Positions 8,291 to 18,200 of a stretch of DNA of 54,195 nt are shown in pieces. This stretch comes from Frankiaceae bacterium (GTDB taxonomy: Bacteria; Actinomycetota; Actinomycetes; JAFAQI01). The number at the start of each line of letters is the position of its first letter. Positions within the stretch are counted from its first letter, which is position 1. The stretch lies in assembly GCA_030840585.1 (NCBI GenBank), contig JAVEEG010000254.1, positions 1 to 54,195 of the forward strand, given 5' to 3'. The position numbers and the translations under genes are program-made. The notes beneath the pieces are model-generated. The model saw only the letters and a program-made list of their open reading frames with translations, was not told the DNA's origin and searched no databases.

Positions 8291-10435
8291 ATGAGACAAC
8301 TGTGGCGCGCCCGATCCTACGTTCTGCTGACGGCCGGCGTGATCGGCTCGGTCGCATTGGTGATCGTGCAGCCGTCGGGGATCTGGACGCCGCTCTGGTA
8401 TCTCGGTATCGCCGCCTTAGGCACCAGCATGGCGGTGGCCGGCGCGGTCCACCGCAGCAAGGCGGAGCGTCGGATCTGGGTCGCGATCGGTGTCGGGCAG
8501 GTCTTGTACCTCGCCGGTGACGCGCTTTGGTACATGTACAAGAATCTGCTGTCGACCGTGCCGTACCCGTCGTTCGCGGACGTCGCGTATCTCCTTCGCT
8601 ATGGCGCGTTGCTTCTCGGGCTGTGCTGGCTGGTGCAGCGTCGGCGAACCGGGCGTGACCGGGCGGCCTTCCTTGACGCCGCGATCATCAGCTCGGCGTT
8701 CGCCTTGCTCGCCACCGTGTTCCTTATTGTTCCGGCGACACGAGGGACCGGCGTGTCCTTGCTGAGCCGGGTTGTGGCTGCGGCTTATCCGGTCGGGGAC
8801 GTGCTGGTGCTGGCCGTGCTGGTGCAGCTCGCTGGCAGGCGTCGGGTGCGCAACCTTGCTTTCGGCGCGCTAGCCGGTGGACTTGTCATCCTGCTGGCCA
8901 TCGACGTCGTCTATACCCTGGTCGTAGCGAGCGACCGGACGCTGCCTGCGTGGTCGCCGGTCGGTTATCTCCTGCCTTATCTGCTGATCGGATTCGCGGC
9001 CATGCAGCCGGCCGGTGAAAGTCTGGCGGAAGCGACCCCGGACCACGATCGGTCTCCGACGGCCAGAAAGGTCGTGGCGCTCGGGGGCGCGCTAGTGCTG
9101 GGGCCTACCTTGCTCGCCGTGCGTTACCTGTGCGGTGCGCCTCTCGACCCGCTCGTTATCTCGGTGGGCACCATCGTCAGCTGTTTCCTGGTCCTGGCCA
9201 GGCTTCTGGACCTGTTCCGTCTGGGCGAGGCGCAATCTCAGCAACTCACTGCGCTCGCGCGGACGGACAGCCTCACTGGTGTCGCCAATCGGCGCAGCTG
9301 GGATCACGAATTGGCGCGCGCCGCGGTAGCCGCGGAGTCGACGGGAACCCCGCTAGCGGTGGTAGTCGTCGACCTGGACCAGTTCAAGAACTACAACGAT
9401 GAATACGGCCACATCGCCGGGGATCAGGTCCTCAGGGACACCGCTGGCGCCTGGGCGAAGATTCTCGACGGCCGCGGCTTCGTCGCTCGCTACGGCGGCG
9501 AGGAGTTCGCCTTTCTTCTCCCGCGCACGGCGCTAGCGCTGGCCGAACCGCTGCTCCACCTGTTGCACAGGTCAGTCGCCGGCGGGCAGACGTGCTCCAT
9601 GGGAGTCACGGAGTGGCAACCCGGAGAGGACCCCAGCGAGGCCACCGCTCGCGCAGACGAGGCGATGTATGAGGCCAAGAGAGCGGGCCGCAACCAGATC
9701 AGCGTGCACGACCGTGCCGGGTTGCGACTGTTGCCACGTCAAACGGCGCTCGCACTAGTACCCGAGATCACGCCAGTCTTCCAGCCGATCGTGGACATCC
9801 AGACGGGAGCCACCGTCGGGCATGAGGCGCTCAGCCGATTCGTTGGCATGACACCGACGGACGCATTCGCCGAGGCGCGCCGAAACGGCACAACCGCTTC
9901 ACTCGAGATTGCCGCGATCGACGCCGCGCTTCAAGCCCCGCGCCCGCCCGGGTTTCTGTCGCTCAACGTCGGTCTCAGCACCCTGTTCCAACCGGAGATC
10001 GACCAGGTCTTGCCGTACGACCTGTCTGAGATCGTGCTGGAGATCACCGAATACGAGTACCACCTCGACACCCCGGCCGCGGTCCTGCGACTGGCCGAAC
10101 TGCGCGGTCGCGGAGCCCGAATCGCCATCGACGACCTCGGGGTCGGCTTCTCCAACCTCAACCGGCTGCTATGGCTCGCTCCCGAAATCATCAAGCTCGA
10201 CATGTCCGTCGTGCGAGAGGTGCACACGAAGTCAGGCCACTTGGCCATGGTCCGCGCCCTCGGCGTCTACGCCGAAGCCTGTGGTGCCCGGCTGTGCGCT
10301 GAAGGCATCGAAACTTCCGATGAATGGCACGCGCTGGCAGACGCGGGCGTCGCCCTCGGCCAGGGATATTTGTTTGGACGCCCGCAGCCCGCCATTTCGA
10401 TGTCGCACTTACCCACACAGGTTCCAGCCGCGTAG
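8291..10435 (+). CDS. membrane-bound GGDEF-EAL protein (diguanylate cyclase/phosphodiesterase)
   Basis: The N-terminal ~250 aa contain multiple hydrophobic helices. GGDEF-domain motifs: 'TDSLTGVANRR', 'DLDQFKNYNDEYGHIAGD', 'RYGGEEFAFL'. EAL-domain motifs: 'FQPIVD...GHEALSRF', 'LEITEYE', 'DDLGVGFSNL', 'EGIETSDE', 'GQGYLFGRP'. Confidence 0.9.
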   Translation: MRQLWRARSYVLLTAGVIGSVALVIVQPSGIWTPLWYLGIAALGTSMAVAGAVHRSKAERRIWVAIGVGQVLYLAGDALWYMYKNLLSTVPYPSFADVAYLLRYGALLLGLCWLVQRRRTGRDRAAFLDAAIISSAFALLATVFLIVPATRGTGVSLLSRVVAAAYPVGDVLVLAVLVQLAGRRRVRNLAFGALAGGLVILLAIDVVYTLVVASDRTLPAWSPVGYLLPYLLIGFAAMQPAGESLAEATPDHDRSPTARKVVALGGALVLGPTLLAVRYLCGAPLDPLVISVGTIVSCFLVLARLLDLFRLGEAQSQQLTALARTDSLTGVANRRSWDHELARAAVAAESTGTPLAVVVVDLDQFKNYNDEYGHIAGDQVLRDTAGAWAKILDGRGFVARYGGEEFAFLLPRTALALAEPLLHLLHRSVAGGQTCSMGVTEWQPGEDPSEATARADEAMYEAKRAGRNQISVHDRAGLRLLPRQTALALVPEITPVFQPIVDIQTGATVGHEALSRFVGMTPTDAFAEARRNGTTASLEIAAIDAALQAPRPPGFLSLNVGLSTLFQPEIDQVLPYDLSEIVLEITEYEYHLDTPAAVLRLAELRGRGARIAIDDLGVGFSNLNRLLWLAPEIIKLDMSVVREVHTKSGHLAMVRALGVYAEACGARLCAEGIETSDEWHALADAGVALGQGYLFGRPQPAISMSHLPTQVPAA

Positions 10436-10573
10436 GCGTGAACCTGCCCGAGGACCGGGCCACACTGTCGCGGCCCGCGCCGAGAAGCCGGCACAGAAGC
10501 TCAAGACACCCCGAGTTCGACGGCCCCCAGGTCTGGGCACAGGAAAAGGCAAGACGAACGAACTGGAGGACAC

Positions 10574-11149
10574 GTGGACGCGCTGGCGCTTCTCACCGCA
10601 GATCACAACCGGGTTCGTGGGCTCTTCGCCCGGTTCAACAAAGCAAAGGAGTCCGACGACACCGCGCTACTCGGCGAGTTGGCAGCCGAGATCATCAACG
10701 AGCTGCAGGTCCACACCTCGATCGAGGAGACGCAGTTCTACCCGTGGGTCAAGGACATCTCCGAGGAGACCAAAGACACGGTCACCGAAGGGGTCGAAGA
10801 GCACCACGTCGTCAAGACCCTCATCGCCGAGATCCAGGCGCTGGAGCCGGGTAACGACAAGTGGATCGCCAAGATGACCGTCCTGATCGAGAATGTCGAT
10901 CACCACGCGGAGGAAGAAGAAGAGGAACTCTTCCCGAAGGTGCGCAGCAACACGAGCGCAACTGATCGGGAGGCACTGGGCGAACGGCTCGAGCAGGAGA
11001 AGCAGCGCCTCGGCGCGCCCGTTCTCGCGGACAAGATCGACCTGACCTTGACCGAGTTGAAAGACCTCGCGTCGACCCAGGAGATTCCCGGCCGCAGCAC
11101 GATGGACCACGAGGAGCTCGCGGCCACCGTCGCACCGCCCACCGGCTAG
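10574..11149 (+). CDS. hemerythrin (HHE cation-binding) domain protein with a C-terminal Rho_N/SAP-like tail
   Basis: GTG start sits after CTGGAGGA. 'LLTADHNRV', 'HTSIEETQFYP', 'VEEHHVVK' and 'VDHHAEEEEEELFP' are present. The tail 'LTLTELKDLASTQEIPGRSTMDHEELAATV' resembles a Rho_N/SAP motif. Confidence 0.85.
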   Translation: MDALALLTADHNRVRGLFARFNKAKESDDTALLGELAAEIINELQVHTSIEETQFYPWVKDISEETKDTVTEGVEEHHVVKTLIAEIQALEPGNDKWIAKMTVLIENVDHHAEEEEEELFPKVRSNTSATDREALGERLEQEKQRLGAPVLADKIDLTLTELKDLASTQEIPGRSTMDHEELAATVAPPTG

Positions 11150-11168
11150 GAACTCCCCCGACGAACGA

Positions 11169-11213
11169 CTGCGCCCCCGCCCCCCGTTGTACGACGACGG
11201 GGCGGGGGCGCAG
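11169..11213. terminator. bidirectional stem-loop terminator between convergent genes
   Basis: Perfect 15-bp GC-rich stem, ctgcgcccccgcccc (11169-11183) paired with ggggcgggggcgcag (11199-11213), with a 15-nt loop. It lies between the stops at 11149 (+) and 11224 (-). Confidence 0.7.
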
Positions 11214-11223
11214 CGGTTTCTAG

Positions 11224-12765
11224 CTAGTGGCCGTTCGCGGCCGCGACCAGGTCGGGGACGAGGTTCGCGGCGTTCGGCGTACCGAGGCCGGTGATCGGGT
11301 CCCAGCCCGGCGTGGCGGGGTAACCCTGGACGTTCGGGTCGGCGGTGTTGTTGCCCACCGTCACGTCGTAGAAATCATTGGCGTAGCGGGCCGGGTCGGC
11401 GCCGATCGTGTACAGCGCCGGGTTGATCAGACCAAGGTTGCTGCCCGACAGCTGGTCCGCCAGCGCGACGATGCCGGCCCACTGCGGGCACGACAGCGAC
11501 GTGCCGCCGATGTCGTACCAGCCGGTGCTGCACGGCGTGCCGCTGCTGTCACACACCAGGCCGCTCTGCCCGTCCGGCGGCAGGGTCAGGTACACCAGCG
11601 CACCAGTACCGGCGCTCGCCTGCAGCCCGACGTCCGGCACGCCACGAGCACCAGGCGGGATCGGCGTACTGCCGGCCGGTTCAACGGCCTGGTAATCCGG
11701 GCGGGCGAACACATGGCTGAACCCACCGCCCGCGAACGTCCAGCCGACCTCGGCCTGCCCCGGGTTGTTGCGGCACTTCGCCGGCTGGTCGGTGCTGTCC
11801 GTCGTACGCGGCTGGTCCTGCGTCGCGGTCGGGTCGGTGCAGAGGTACGTGCCGCCGACACCGGTGACCAGCGGGTCCGAAGCGGGCCACTCGACCGTCG
11901 GCTCTTCGATGGTCGAGCCGCCCTTGCCGACCGGCGTCTTCTTCGAGTTGGCGCTGCCGCTGTCACCTGACGATCCGAGCACGGTGACGTGGTTCGCATA
12001 CGCCGCCTGGAACGCGTAGCGCAGGTTCTGCAGCGATTGCGAGCTGCCGAACGCGTCTTCCGCCGACGCGAAGCTCTGCGAGATGACGTCCGCCAGGTGA
12101 TGTTCGACGACGTACTTCTCGTTGGCCATCATCTGCGGAAAGCCTTGTACGCCAAGGGTTTCCGCGGTCGGCGTCGTGACCAGCAAGATGTTGGCACCCG
12201 GCGCGATCGCATGCGCGGTCTCGACGTCGAGCGACACCTCCAGTGCCCACGCCGCCTTGTCCTCCTGGCCGGTGCCCTTGCTCTTGCTCGGGGATGCCTT
12301 GGTGGCCGGCGACCCCTGCAACGTCAGAGTGCTGAACGTCGGCATCCCAGCGGTGCAGGTCACGTGCGCCTCGCCGCACATCGCCGGCAGACCGAACGCC
12401 TGGTTGTACACGTGCAGGTCGTTGCGGATCGTGTCACTGCCGTAGGAGTCCACGATCGCGATTGTCTTGCCGGCACCGGTGATGCCCTGGTCATAGAGCG
12501 GCGCGAGGTTGTACGCCGAACGGGTCGACTGTGGCGTGAAGCAGCGGCGGCCGACCGACTCGCACTGCGCTTCGGTCGGCGGTGTCTCGGACGAGCTCAC
12601 CTGCGCGAAGTCGGAGACGGTCGGGTGAACGGTCGGGTAGGCACCGGCGAGGTGCTGGCCGGCTACCGCGCCGACGGTGGCCGCCGGTGCAAGCGCGGCG
12701 AGACCGCCGGTCACGGGAAGGGCGGCGGCGATCGCCGCAATGGCAATTCGGGTACGTACGCGCAT
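11224..12765 (-). CDS. secreted S53 (sedolisin/kumamolisin-like) serine peptidase
   Basis: A signal-peptide-like N-terminus (MRVRTRIAIAAIAAALPVTGG...) is present. Motifs: 'AYNLAPLYDQGITGAGKTIAIVDSYG', 'EVSLDVETAHAIAPGA', 'SSGDSGS', 'GGTSLSCPQWAGIVAL'. Confidence 0.85.
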   Translation of the reverse strand: MRVRTRIAIAAIAAALPVTGGLAALAPAATVGAVAGQHLAGAYPTVHPTVSDFAQVSSSETPPTEAQCESVGRRCFTPQSTRSAYNLAPLYDQGITGAGKTIAIVDSYGSDTIRNDLHVYNQAFGLPAMCGEAHVTCTAGMPTFSTLTLQGSPATKASPSKSKGTGQEDKAAWALEVSLDVETAHAIAPGANILLVTTPTAETLGVQGFPQMMANEKYVVEHHLADVISQSFASAEDAFGSSQSLQNLRYAFQAAYANHVTVLGSSGDSGSANSKKTPVGKGGSTIEEPTVEWPASDPLVTGVGGTYLCTDPTATQDQPRTTDSTDQPAKCRNNPGQAEVGWTFAGGGFSHVFARPDYQAVEPAGSTPIPPGARGVPDVGLQASAGTGALVYLTLPPDGQSGLVCDSSGTPCSTGWYDIGGTSLSCPQWAGIVALADQLSGSNLGLINPALYTIGADPARYANDFYDVTVGNNTADPNVQGYPATPGWDPITGLGTPNAANLVPDLVAAANGH

Positions 12766-12930
12766 GAGACCCCCAGGGCGTCATTGTCCGGGTGTGAACA
12801 GATTCGCGCGCATCATGTCGGTGTTGCCCCGGTTCGCGCAAGCCAGCTGCGCACAGGTGACGCCGACCCGACCTTTCCGTGTCGATGGTGACCTTCGCGG
12901 CCAGCGCTCGCGTTGGATCGACTCGCGGCG

Positions 12931-14037
12931 TTACGGGCAGTTCGCGTACGGCGGCGGACCCACGCTGTTCGAGCGGTTCAGCAACGCGAGCCGGTACTGC
13001 GCCAGGACTGCGTCACTCCCCGAGTAGGTCGGGTCCGTCCCGCCTCCGTGCGAGAAGATTTCCGGGCCCGTCTGCGTCAGCGTCGCGGCAGGATCACCCT
13101 GCACGCTCTTCCAGGTCGCCTCGGACACCGGAGTCGTGAACAGCGACGGGTCGATCACCATCCTTTGTACCCGGAACGGATACCAGGTGCGGACGCACAG
13201 GGTCGGCGCGACGTGCCAGTTCCATTCGACGTAACACTGCGGGTTGTTGCGCGTCGCGACATGCAACCAAGCTCCGGAACTGGCGTCGATCCAAACCTTC
13301 CGTGGCTTGAGGCCCATGGCGATCATCAGCCGGCACATCTCGTGCGCCCGCCCCCAGCACCCGTCGTCCGGGTACTTGAACGGAATGCACGGGGCCGGGC
13401 AGCTCAGCGGGTCACACGTCGTCGCGCTCATCGCGTCGAAGATCTGCTGCGCGCGCGACGGCGACACGCACCAGGACCACCAACACCAGAAACGCCTGAT
13501 GAATCGGCAGAACCACGCCGGAATGCGGATCCACCACGAGACCGCGGCCGCCGCGAGCCTCGGGTCAGCTGCCTGCGGGAAAGGGCGCATCGCCTCCGCA
13601 GCGTCCGGCGGCAGTTCCCGTACGTCGATGACCGCGCCGCCATCGTCCGCGGTCAGGATCACCGGCTGACCGTCGTCGACCGCCCGTCGCAGCACGGCGG
13701 CGAGTTCCGATCCGTCTTCGCCGACGCCGACGCGCAGCCGCGCGTGCGACGTGTCGAGCGACACGTCCAGCCCGTCACCGCTCGGGTCGACGCGCAGCAC
13801 CCGGCCGACCTTCGGCACTAGCAGTCGCGTGATCGATTGGCTGTCGGGATCGATCTCGGCGTACACCGGATGGTTGAGCCGCGCCAGCCCCTCGAGCACC
13901 TGCACGACACCCGCCGAGCGGTCGTCGGCGGCGCCCAGCCGGATCCGCCGCCCATCGAGGGTGACGTACGAATCGCCCGCCTCGGCGGAACGTTCGACCT
14001 GAATGGTCGTCGCGACGACCGCGTTGGGATTGGGCAT
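12931..14037 (-). CDS. protein-glutamine glutaminase (protein deamidase) family protein with a ~210-aa N-terminal extension
   Basis: ATG follows GAGGGAGGA. 'PCIPFKYPDDGCWGRAHEM', 'VEWNWHVAP' and 'MVIDPSLFTTPVSEATW' parallel, from memory, the Chryseobacterium protein-glutaminase segments PCITFRYPVDGCYARAHKM, VAWSYHVA and RIIDPSLFSSGPVTDTAW, which hold the Cys-His-Asp triad. Confidence 0.8.
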   Translation of the reverse strand: MPNPNAVVATTIQVERSAEAGDSYVTLDGRRIRLGAADDRSAGVVQVLEGLARLNHPVYAEIDPDSQSITRLLVPKVGRVLRVDPSGDGLDVSLDTSHARLRVGVGEDGSELAAVLRRAVDDGQPVILTADDGGAVIDVRELPPDAAEAMRPFPQAADPRLAAAAVSWWIRIPAWFCRFIRRFWCWWSWCVSPSRAQQIFDAMSATTCDPLSCPAPCIPFKYPDDGCWGRAHEMCRLMIAMGLKPRKVWIDASSGAWLHVATRNNPQCYVEWNWHVAPTLCVRTWYPFRVQRMVIDPSLFTTPVSEATWKSVQGDPAATLTQTGPEIFSHGGGTDPTYSGSDAVLAQYRLALLNRSNSVGPPPYANCP

Positions 14038-14070
14038 GGTGTCCTCCCTCGAACGGTGAGCGATCCTGCT

Positions 14071-14301
14071 TCAGTCTTCGCACTCGTCGATGACGAGATC
14101 CAGCGACATCTTCTTGACGACGACATCCTTGACCCGATGCGTGATGAGGTCGAGGCGCCGGCGCAGCTTCGGGTCCAGCCGGTAGATCATGCCGCCCGCG
14201 AGCATCCCGCCGCCGTACACCTCGACCGTGATGGTCCGGTCCTCGGTCGCGTCGATGTCACGACGGTCATGAGTGGATATCTCCCTCGGTGTCGACGACA
14301 A
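14071..14301 (-). CDS. small acidic-tailed hypothetical protein upstream of the glutaminase gene
   Basis: The frame has very high GC3 from about 14268 down to the stop at 14071 (...MIYRLDPKLRRRLDLITHRVKDVVVKKMSLDLVIDECED). The start is ambiguous: TTG 14301 was chosen, and the track ORF extends to 14334. Confidence 0.35.
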   Translation of the reverse strand: MSSTPREISTHDRRDIDATEDRTITVEVYGGGMLAGGMIYRLDPKLRRRLDLITHRVKDVVVKKMSLDLVIDECED

Positions 14302-14423
14302 AAAGACGCTAGATCCAAAACCTGCCGGATCCAAGGTTTCTATCGCGCATCCGACAGTTTGACGGACGCCTACGGCTCGTCTAGAACGACAGCCACGAAA
14401 GACGACGACGCGAAGGCCGTTTC

Positions 14424-15224
14424 ATGATCGCCACCGCCCGCCGCGCTGCAGGTTTGTGCGTCCTTGCGCTGTTGGTGTCCGCGTGCGCAAGCAGTGGATC
14501 GGCGCACCACGCCGAGCCGCTGGCGACGACGACATCGACGCCGTCCGCCACCCCGTCCGCGACGGCGACGCTCGGTCCGGCTGCATGCGCCGGCGTCACG
14601 CACACCACCCCGATCGCCGGCGTCCCCGACGAATGCCAAGCCCTGTGGCAGCCGTTGGGCGTGACCAAGGTTCCGCCGTACGGCTTGGAAAGCAAGGTCC
14701 CGCCACCGCCACAGGTCGAGAATCGGACCGGCGGGGCGGTGACCGGCACCGAGGCGCGGCAATGGGCCGTCGCGGCGAACCGCGCCAACGTCTGGTTCCA
14801 GTGGGCCGAGGCCAACGGCCAGTACCGGTTCCTCAATCACGTCGTCGCGACGAACCTGCTCAGCCCCGACGAGGCGCGCATCCTGCGCGCCGGCGGCCGG
14901 GTCTTCCAACCCAACTGCGTCCTGTTCCCGACCCGCGTCCGGCTCTTCCCGATCGACTCCACCGAGCGCGCATACTTCACCGCGCGCGGGCAGTACACCG
15001 GCGACCGGTACGTGTTCGCCAACACCTACCGGCCGCGTTGCGCGGTGACCTACGTGACCGCCGCGGGCAAGCACGGAACCCTTGCCACCCTTACGACGAC
15101 GTCCGTCGCGTTCAACGTCGGGTCACTGCAGGACGGCGGTCCGTTGCTGGGCCACATCTGGTTCCAGACCGCGTATGGCAGCTGTACCGACCAGGGGCGC
15201 CCGGCCGCCTGGTGCTCGGGCTAG
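14424..15224 (+). CDS. lipoprotein of unknown function
   Basis: 266-aa ORF. The signal peptide carries a lipobox 'LLVSAC', followed by an S/T/P-rich linker. Confidence 0.7.
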   Translation: MIATARRAAGLCVLALLVSACASSGSAHHAEPLATTTSTPSATPSATATLGPAACAGVTHTTPIAGVPDECQALWQPLGVTKVPPYGLESKVPPPPQVENRTGGAVTGTEARQWAVAANRANVWFQWAEANGQYRFLNHVVATNLLSPDEARILRAGGRVFQPNCVLFPTRVRLFPIDSTERAYFTARGQYTGDRYVFANTYRPRCAVTYVTAAGKHGTLATLTTTSVAFNVGSLQDGGPLLGHIWFQTAYGSCTDQGRPAAWCSG

Positions 15225-18200
15225 GACGGGTCGTCCTCCTCCATCACGACCTGCGCGGAGCCCGGTGCGCTAAGGACTTCGACCTCTTCGTTCGGACGGA
15301 CGGACAACAGTTCCCGAATGTGCGCGCGAAGGCCGTGTATCTCGATCCCGTGCGCGCGGCGCCACTTGCGGGAGAAGTACTCCCGGAACGCCACCGACCC
15401 GCCCCCGAAGAGCACGAACAACGCGATGGTGACCACGACCGGCGACGAGTGCGGCCCGGGTGATGCGGGCGTGCGGGCGAGCACCGCGACGAGGGTGAAC
15501 AGGGCGAGGGCGAACATCGCCGCCCATGCGTCCCGGCGCCAACGGATCAAGGTCCACCCGGCCATAAAACGCAGCGGTAGCAACACAATCACCGTGTTCA
15601 CCAGGCCGCTCATGACCAGCGCGACGAGCGCGTTGTCGAGGACATGACCGAAGAAGCCGCCGCCCGGTTGAACCGCAGCGTGCAGCGGCACCCAGGCGGC
15701 CCAACTGGCCGCCGCGAGGACGAGCGTCGCGGCCGTCGACAGCGCGGCGATGTGCGCTTCCTCGTGCTCGCGAAGTTGCTTGCCCAACGCGACACCGCAC
15801 ACGACGCCGTACAGGTAGCCCGGCTCGAAGTTCAGCAGCCGGGAGACGATGACGCAGCCCGCGGCGACGACGAGGCCGAGCGGCAATGCGTGCAGCCGCA
15901 ACGGGTGACGAAGACCGCGACGCGCGCGATACCCGACAAGCGAGAGCGCGATGCAACCCATCGAGACGAGCAACGCAACCCCGACGCCGACGTACCCCTC
16001 CAACGTCGCCCGGTCGAACGCGATCCGAGGGTTGAGCAATGCGCCCAACAACGCGCCGGTCAGGATGACGAGCAACGCAATCATGAGCGGGCTCGACCGG
16101 TTCGCACTCGACGGTTCCGGGACGACCTGCGACCGAGACGTACGACGACCGCGACGCCCCAGCCGCTCGCGCATGCGACGACCCCACGCCACGATCTCGG
16201 CGTAGTTCTCCTGGAACGTCAGGTTGAACAGTTGCGACGGGAACGTGATGAACAACGTGGCGCCGGTCGCGACGGCCGCGCTCTTCAGGTCGACGCCGAT
16301 GTTCGAGAACGCGGCACCCGGTGTCGGCAGAGAGTCGCTCCAGGCCGCGCTGGCGCCGCTCGGGATCGCGACGTCGAAGACGAACGTCGCGTCGTTGGCG
16401 TTGGCGGTGCCCAGGCAGTGGCCTTGCGCCGGGCACACGATCGACGTCAGCCGGCCGAACCGCGACCAACTCGGACCGGCGAGCGCGCCGAGGTGCGATC
16501 CGTGCAACGACCACAACGCCGCACCGTCGTTGTTCGCACCGGCGACCAGGCAGTCGCCACTGGTCGAGCAGCCGAGCGATCCGACGTACTCGACGTCAGC
16601 CGGGAGCGTGCTGGCCGACCACGTGGCTGCCCCGTCGCCGGTGCGGAGCAGGTACCACCGCTGCGCGCCGCTGTTCGTGCGGCCGAGCCCCATCGCGTCG
16701 CAGTGCTTCCGGTCCCAGCACGACAGGTAATAGACCTGGCCCGGCGTCTCGGAATTCGCCGAGAACGCAATGCCACTCAGCCCGGCCGGCAGTGAGATCG
16801 ATGCGGCCTTCCACGTCTGGCCGGCATCGGCGGACTCGAGGAGGCCGGTCCGGTTGCGGGCGGTGACGCCGAGATCGTCCGCGATGCAGCGACCGCCGGG
16901 TGCACATGTGACGAACAGCGAGCCGGAGCTATGCGGGCCGACCGATCCCCAGGTAGTCCCGAGGTCGGTGCTGCGGAACAGACCGTTCGTCGTCGCAACG
17001 ACGCAGGCCGCCGTATCGGCGCAAGTCACGCCGAACACGGTCACGGCCGTCCCGGGAGCGGTCGGCGCCGCGACCGGCGACCACGTCACTCCCCCATCGC
17101 GGGTCGCGTACATCGCGTCCGTCGCGGCGGCCAGGCACGTGGTCGTCGTCGTACAGGCGAGGCCGTCGATGTAGCTGGCGCGCGGCCCGACGAACGGTGG
17201 CGACGACGGCTTAGACGCGGGCTGTGGGATCGCGGCCGCGGCCCATGACCGGCCTGCGTCGGACGAGCGAAGAACCGCGGGGTTGCCGCTCGGGTCCGAG
17301 CCGCTGGCGAAGCACACGGACGCACTGGCACAGGTGAGGTTGTTCAGCAGACCGCCGCCGGTGAGCGAGGTCAGCGACCAATGCGCGCCGCCGTCCGACG
17401 TCGACATCACGCTGCCGCTCGAGTTCGTGGTCTCGACCGCCCAACAATGCGTCGCGTCCGGACACGAGATCGACGGGACATAGTCGGTGTTGACGGTCGG
17501 GGTCCAGGTCCGGCCGCCGTCGGTCGTCTTCTCGATGTCGGCCGCGCACGACTGGTAGGACTCGGTCGCGAAGTTGAACCCGCCGCACTCGTCGTACGCG
17601 CTGCGCCAGCCCAGCGTCGGCGTCACGAACTCGGTCGCCACCGGCAGGTACGCCGAACAGAACGTCTGACCGGGTGGGCACCCCTTGGTACTCGTCGGCG
17701 CCAACTGCCAGGTGGCGCCGCCGTCGTGCGAGCTGAGCTCTCGCGGCCCGATGTTCTCCTCGAGGCACACGGTGGGCGTCGGGCACGAGATGGTCGTCGG
17801 CGGCCACAAGGGCGTGAACGAGCCGCGCGGCACCGGACCGACCGGCCCGTTGCACGTGACCGCGCCACCCGACGACGTCGAACAGGTCGCTTGTACTTGC
17901 GGCACCGACGCCTGCGTCCAACTCCGTCCGCCGTCAATGCTCCGATCGATGACGGCGTACCCGTACGGTCGGAAACTCCTCGGCGACTGTGATCCGCCGG
18001 CCGCGAGACAACTGCCGTCGGCCGAACATTCGAGCACTGACAACGATTTCAGCGCCGGCGGAGGTTGGGCGGCCTGCCATGTTTTGCCGCCGTCGTCGCT
18101 CTGCAACTCCCATGGTGACTGGCCGATTCCTTGACCGACGGCGACGCAGCGCGACGCGTTCGAACATGCCAGATGAGTGAGATCGCGCCGGCCCGACGGC

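Noticed and set aside
9909-10877. 322-aa plus-strand ORF bridging the EAL domain and the hemerythrin gene
   Set aside because: It is out of frame with two motif-supported genes. The translation is Ser/Arg/Pro-rich.
12913-13821. 302-aa plus-strand ORF, and 22853..23854(-)
   Set aside because: These are antisense to the glutaminase and Zn-ADH genes respectively, both of which have clear catalytic motifs.
15270-17921. ORFs 15270..16514(-), 15644..16795(+), 16321..16866(+), 17211..17921(-) and 17381..17992(+)
   Set aside because: All are alternative frames or strands of the 1153-aa propeller gene. None has the regular Asp-box repeats or TM helices seen in the chosen frame.
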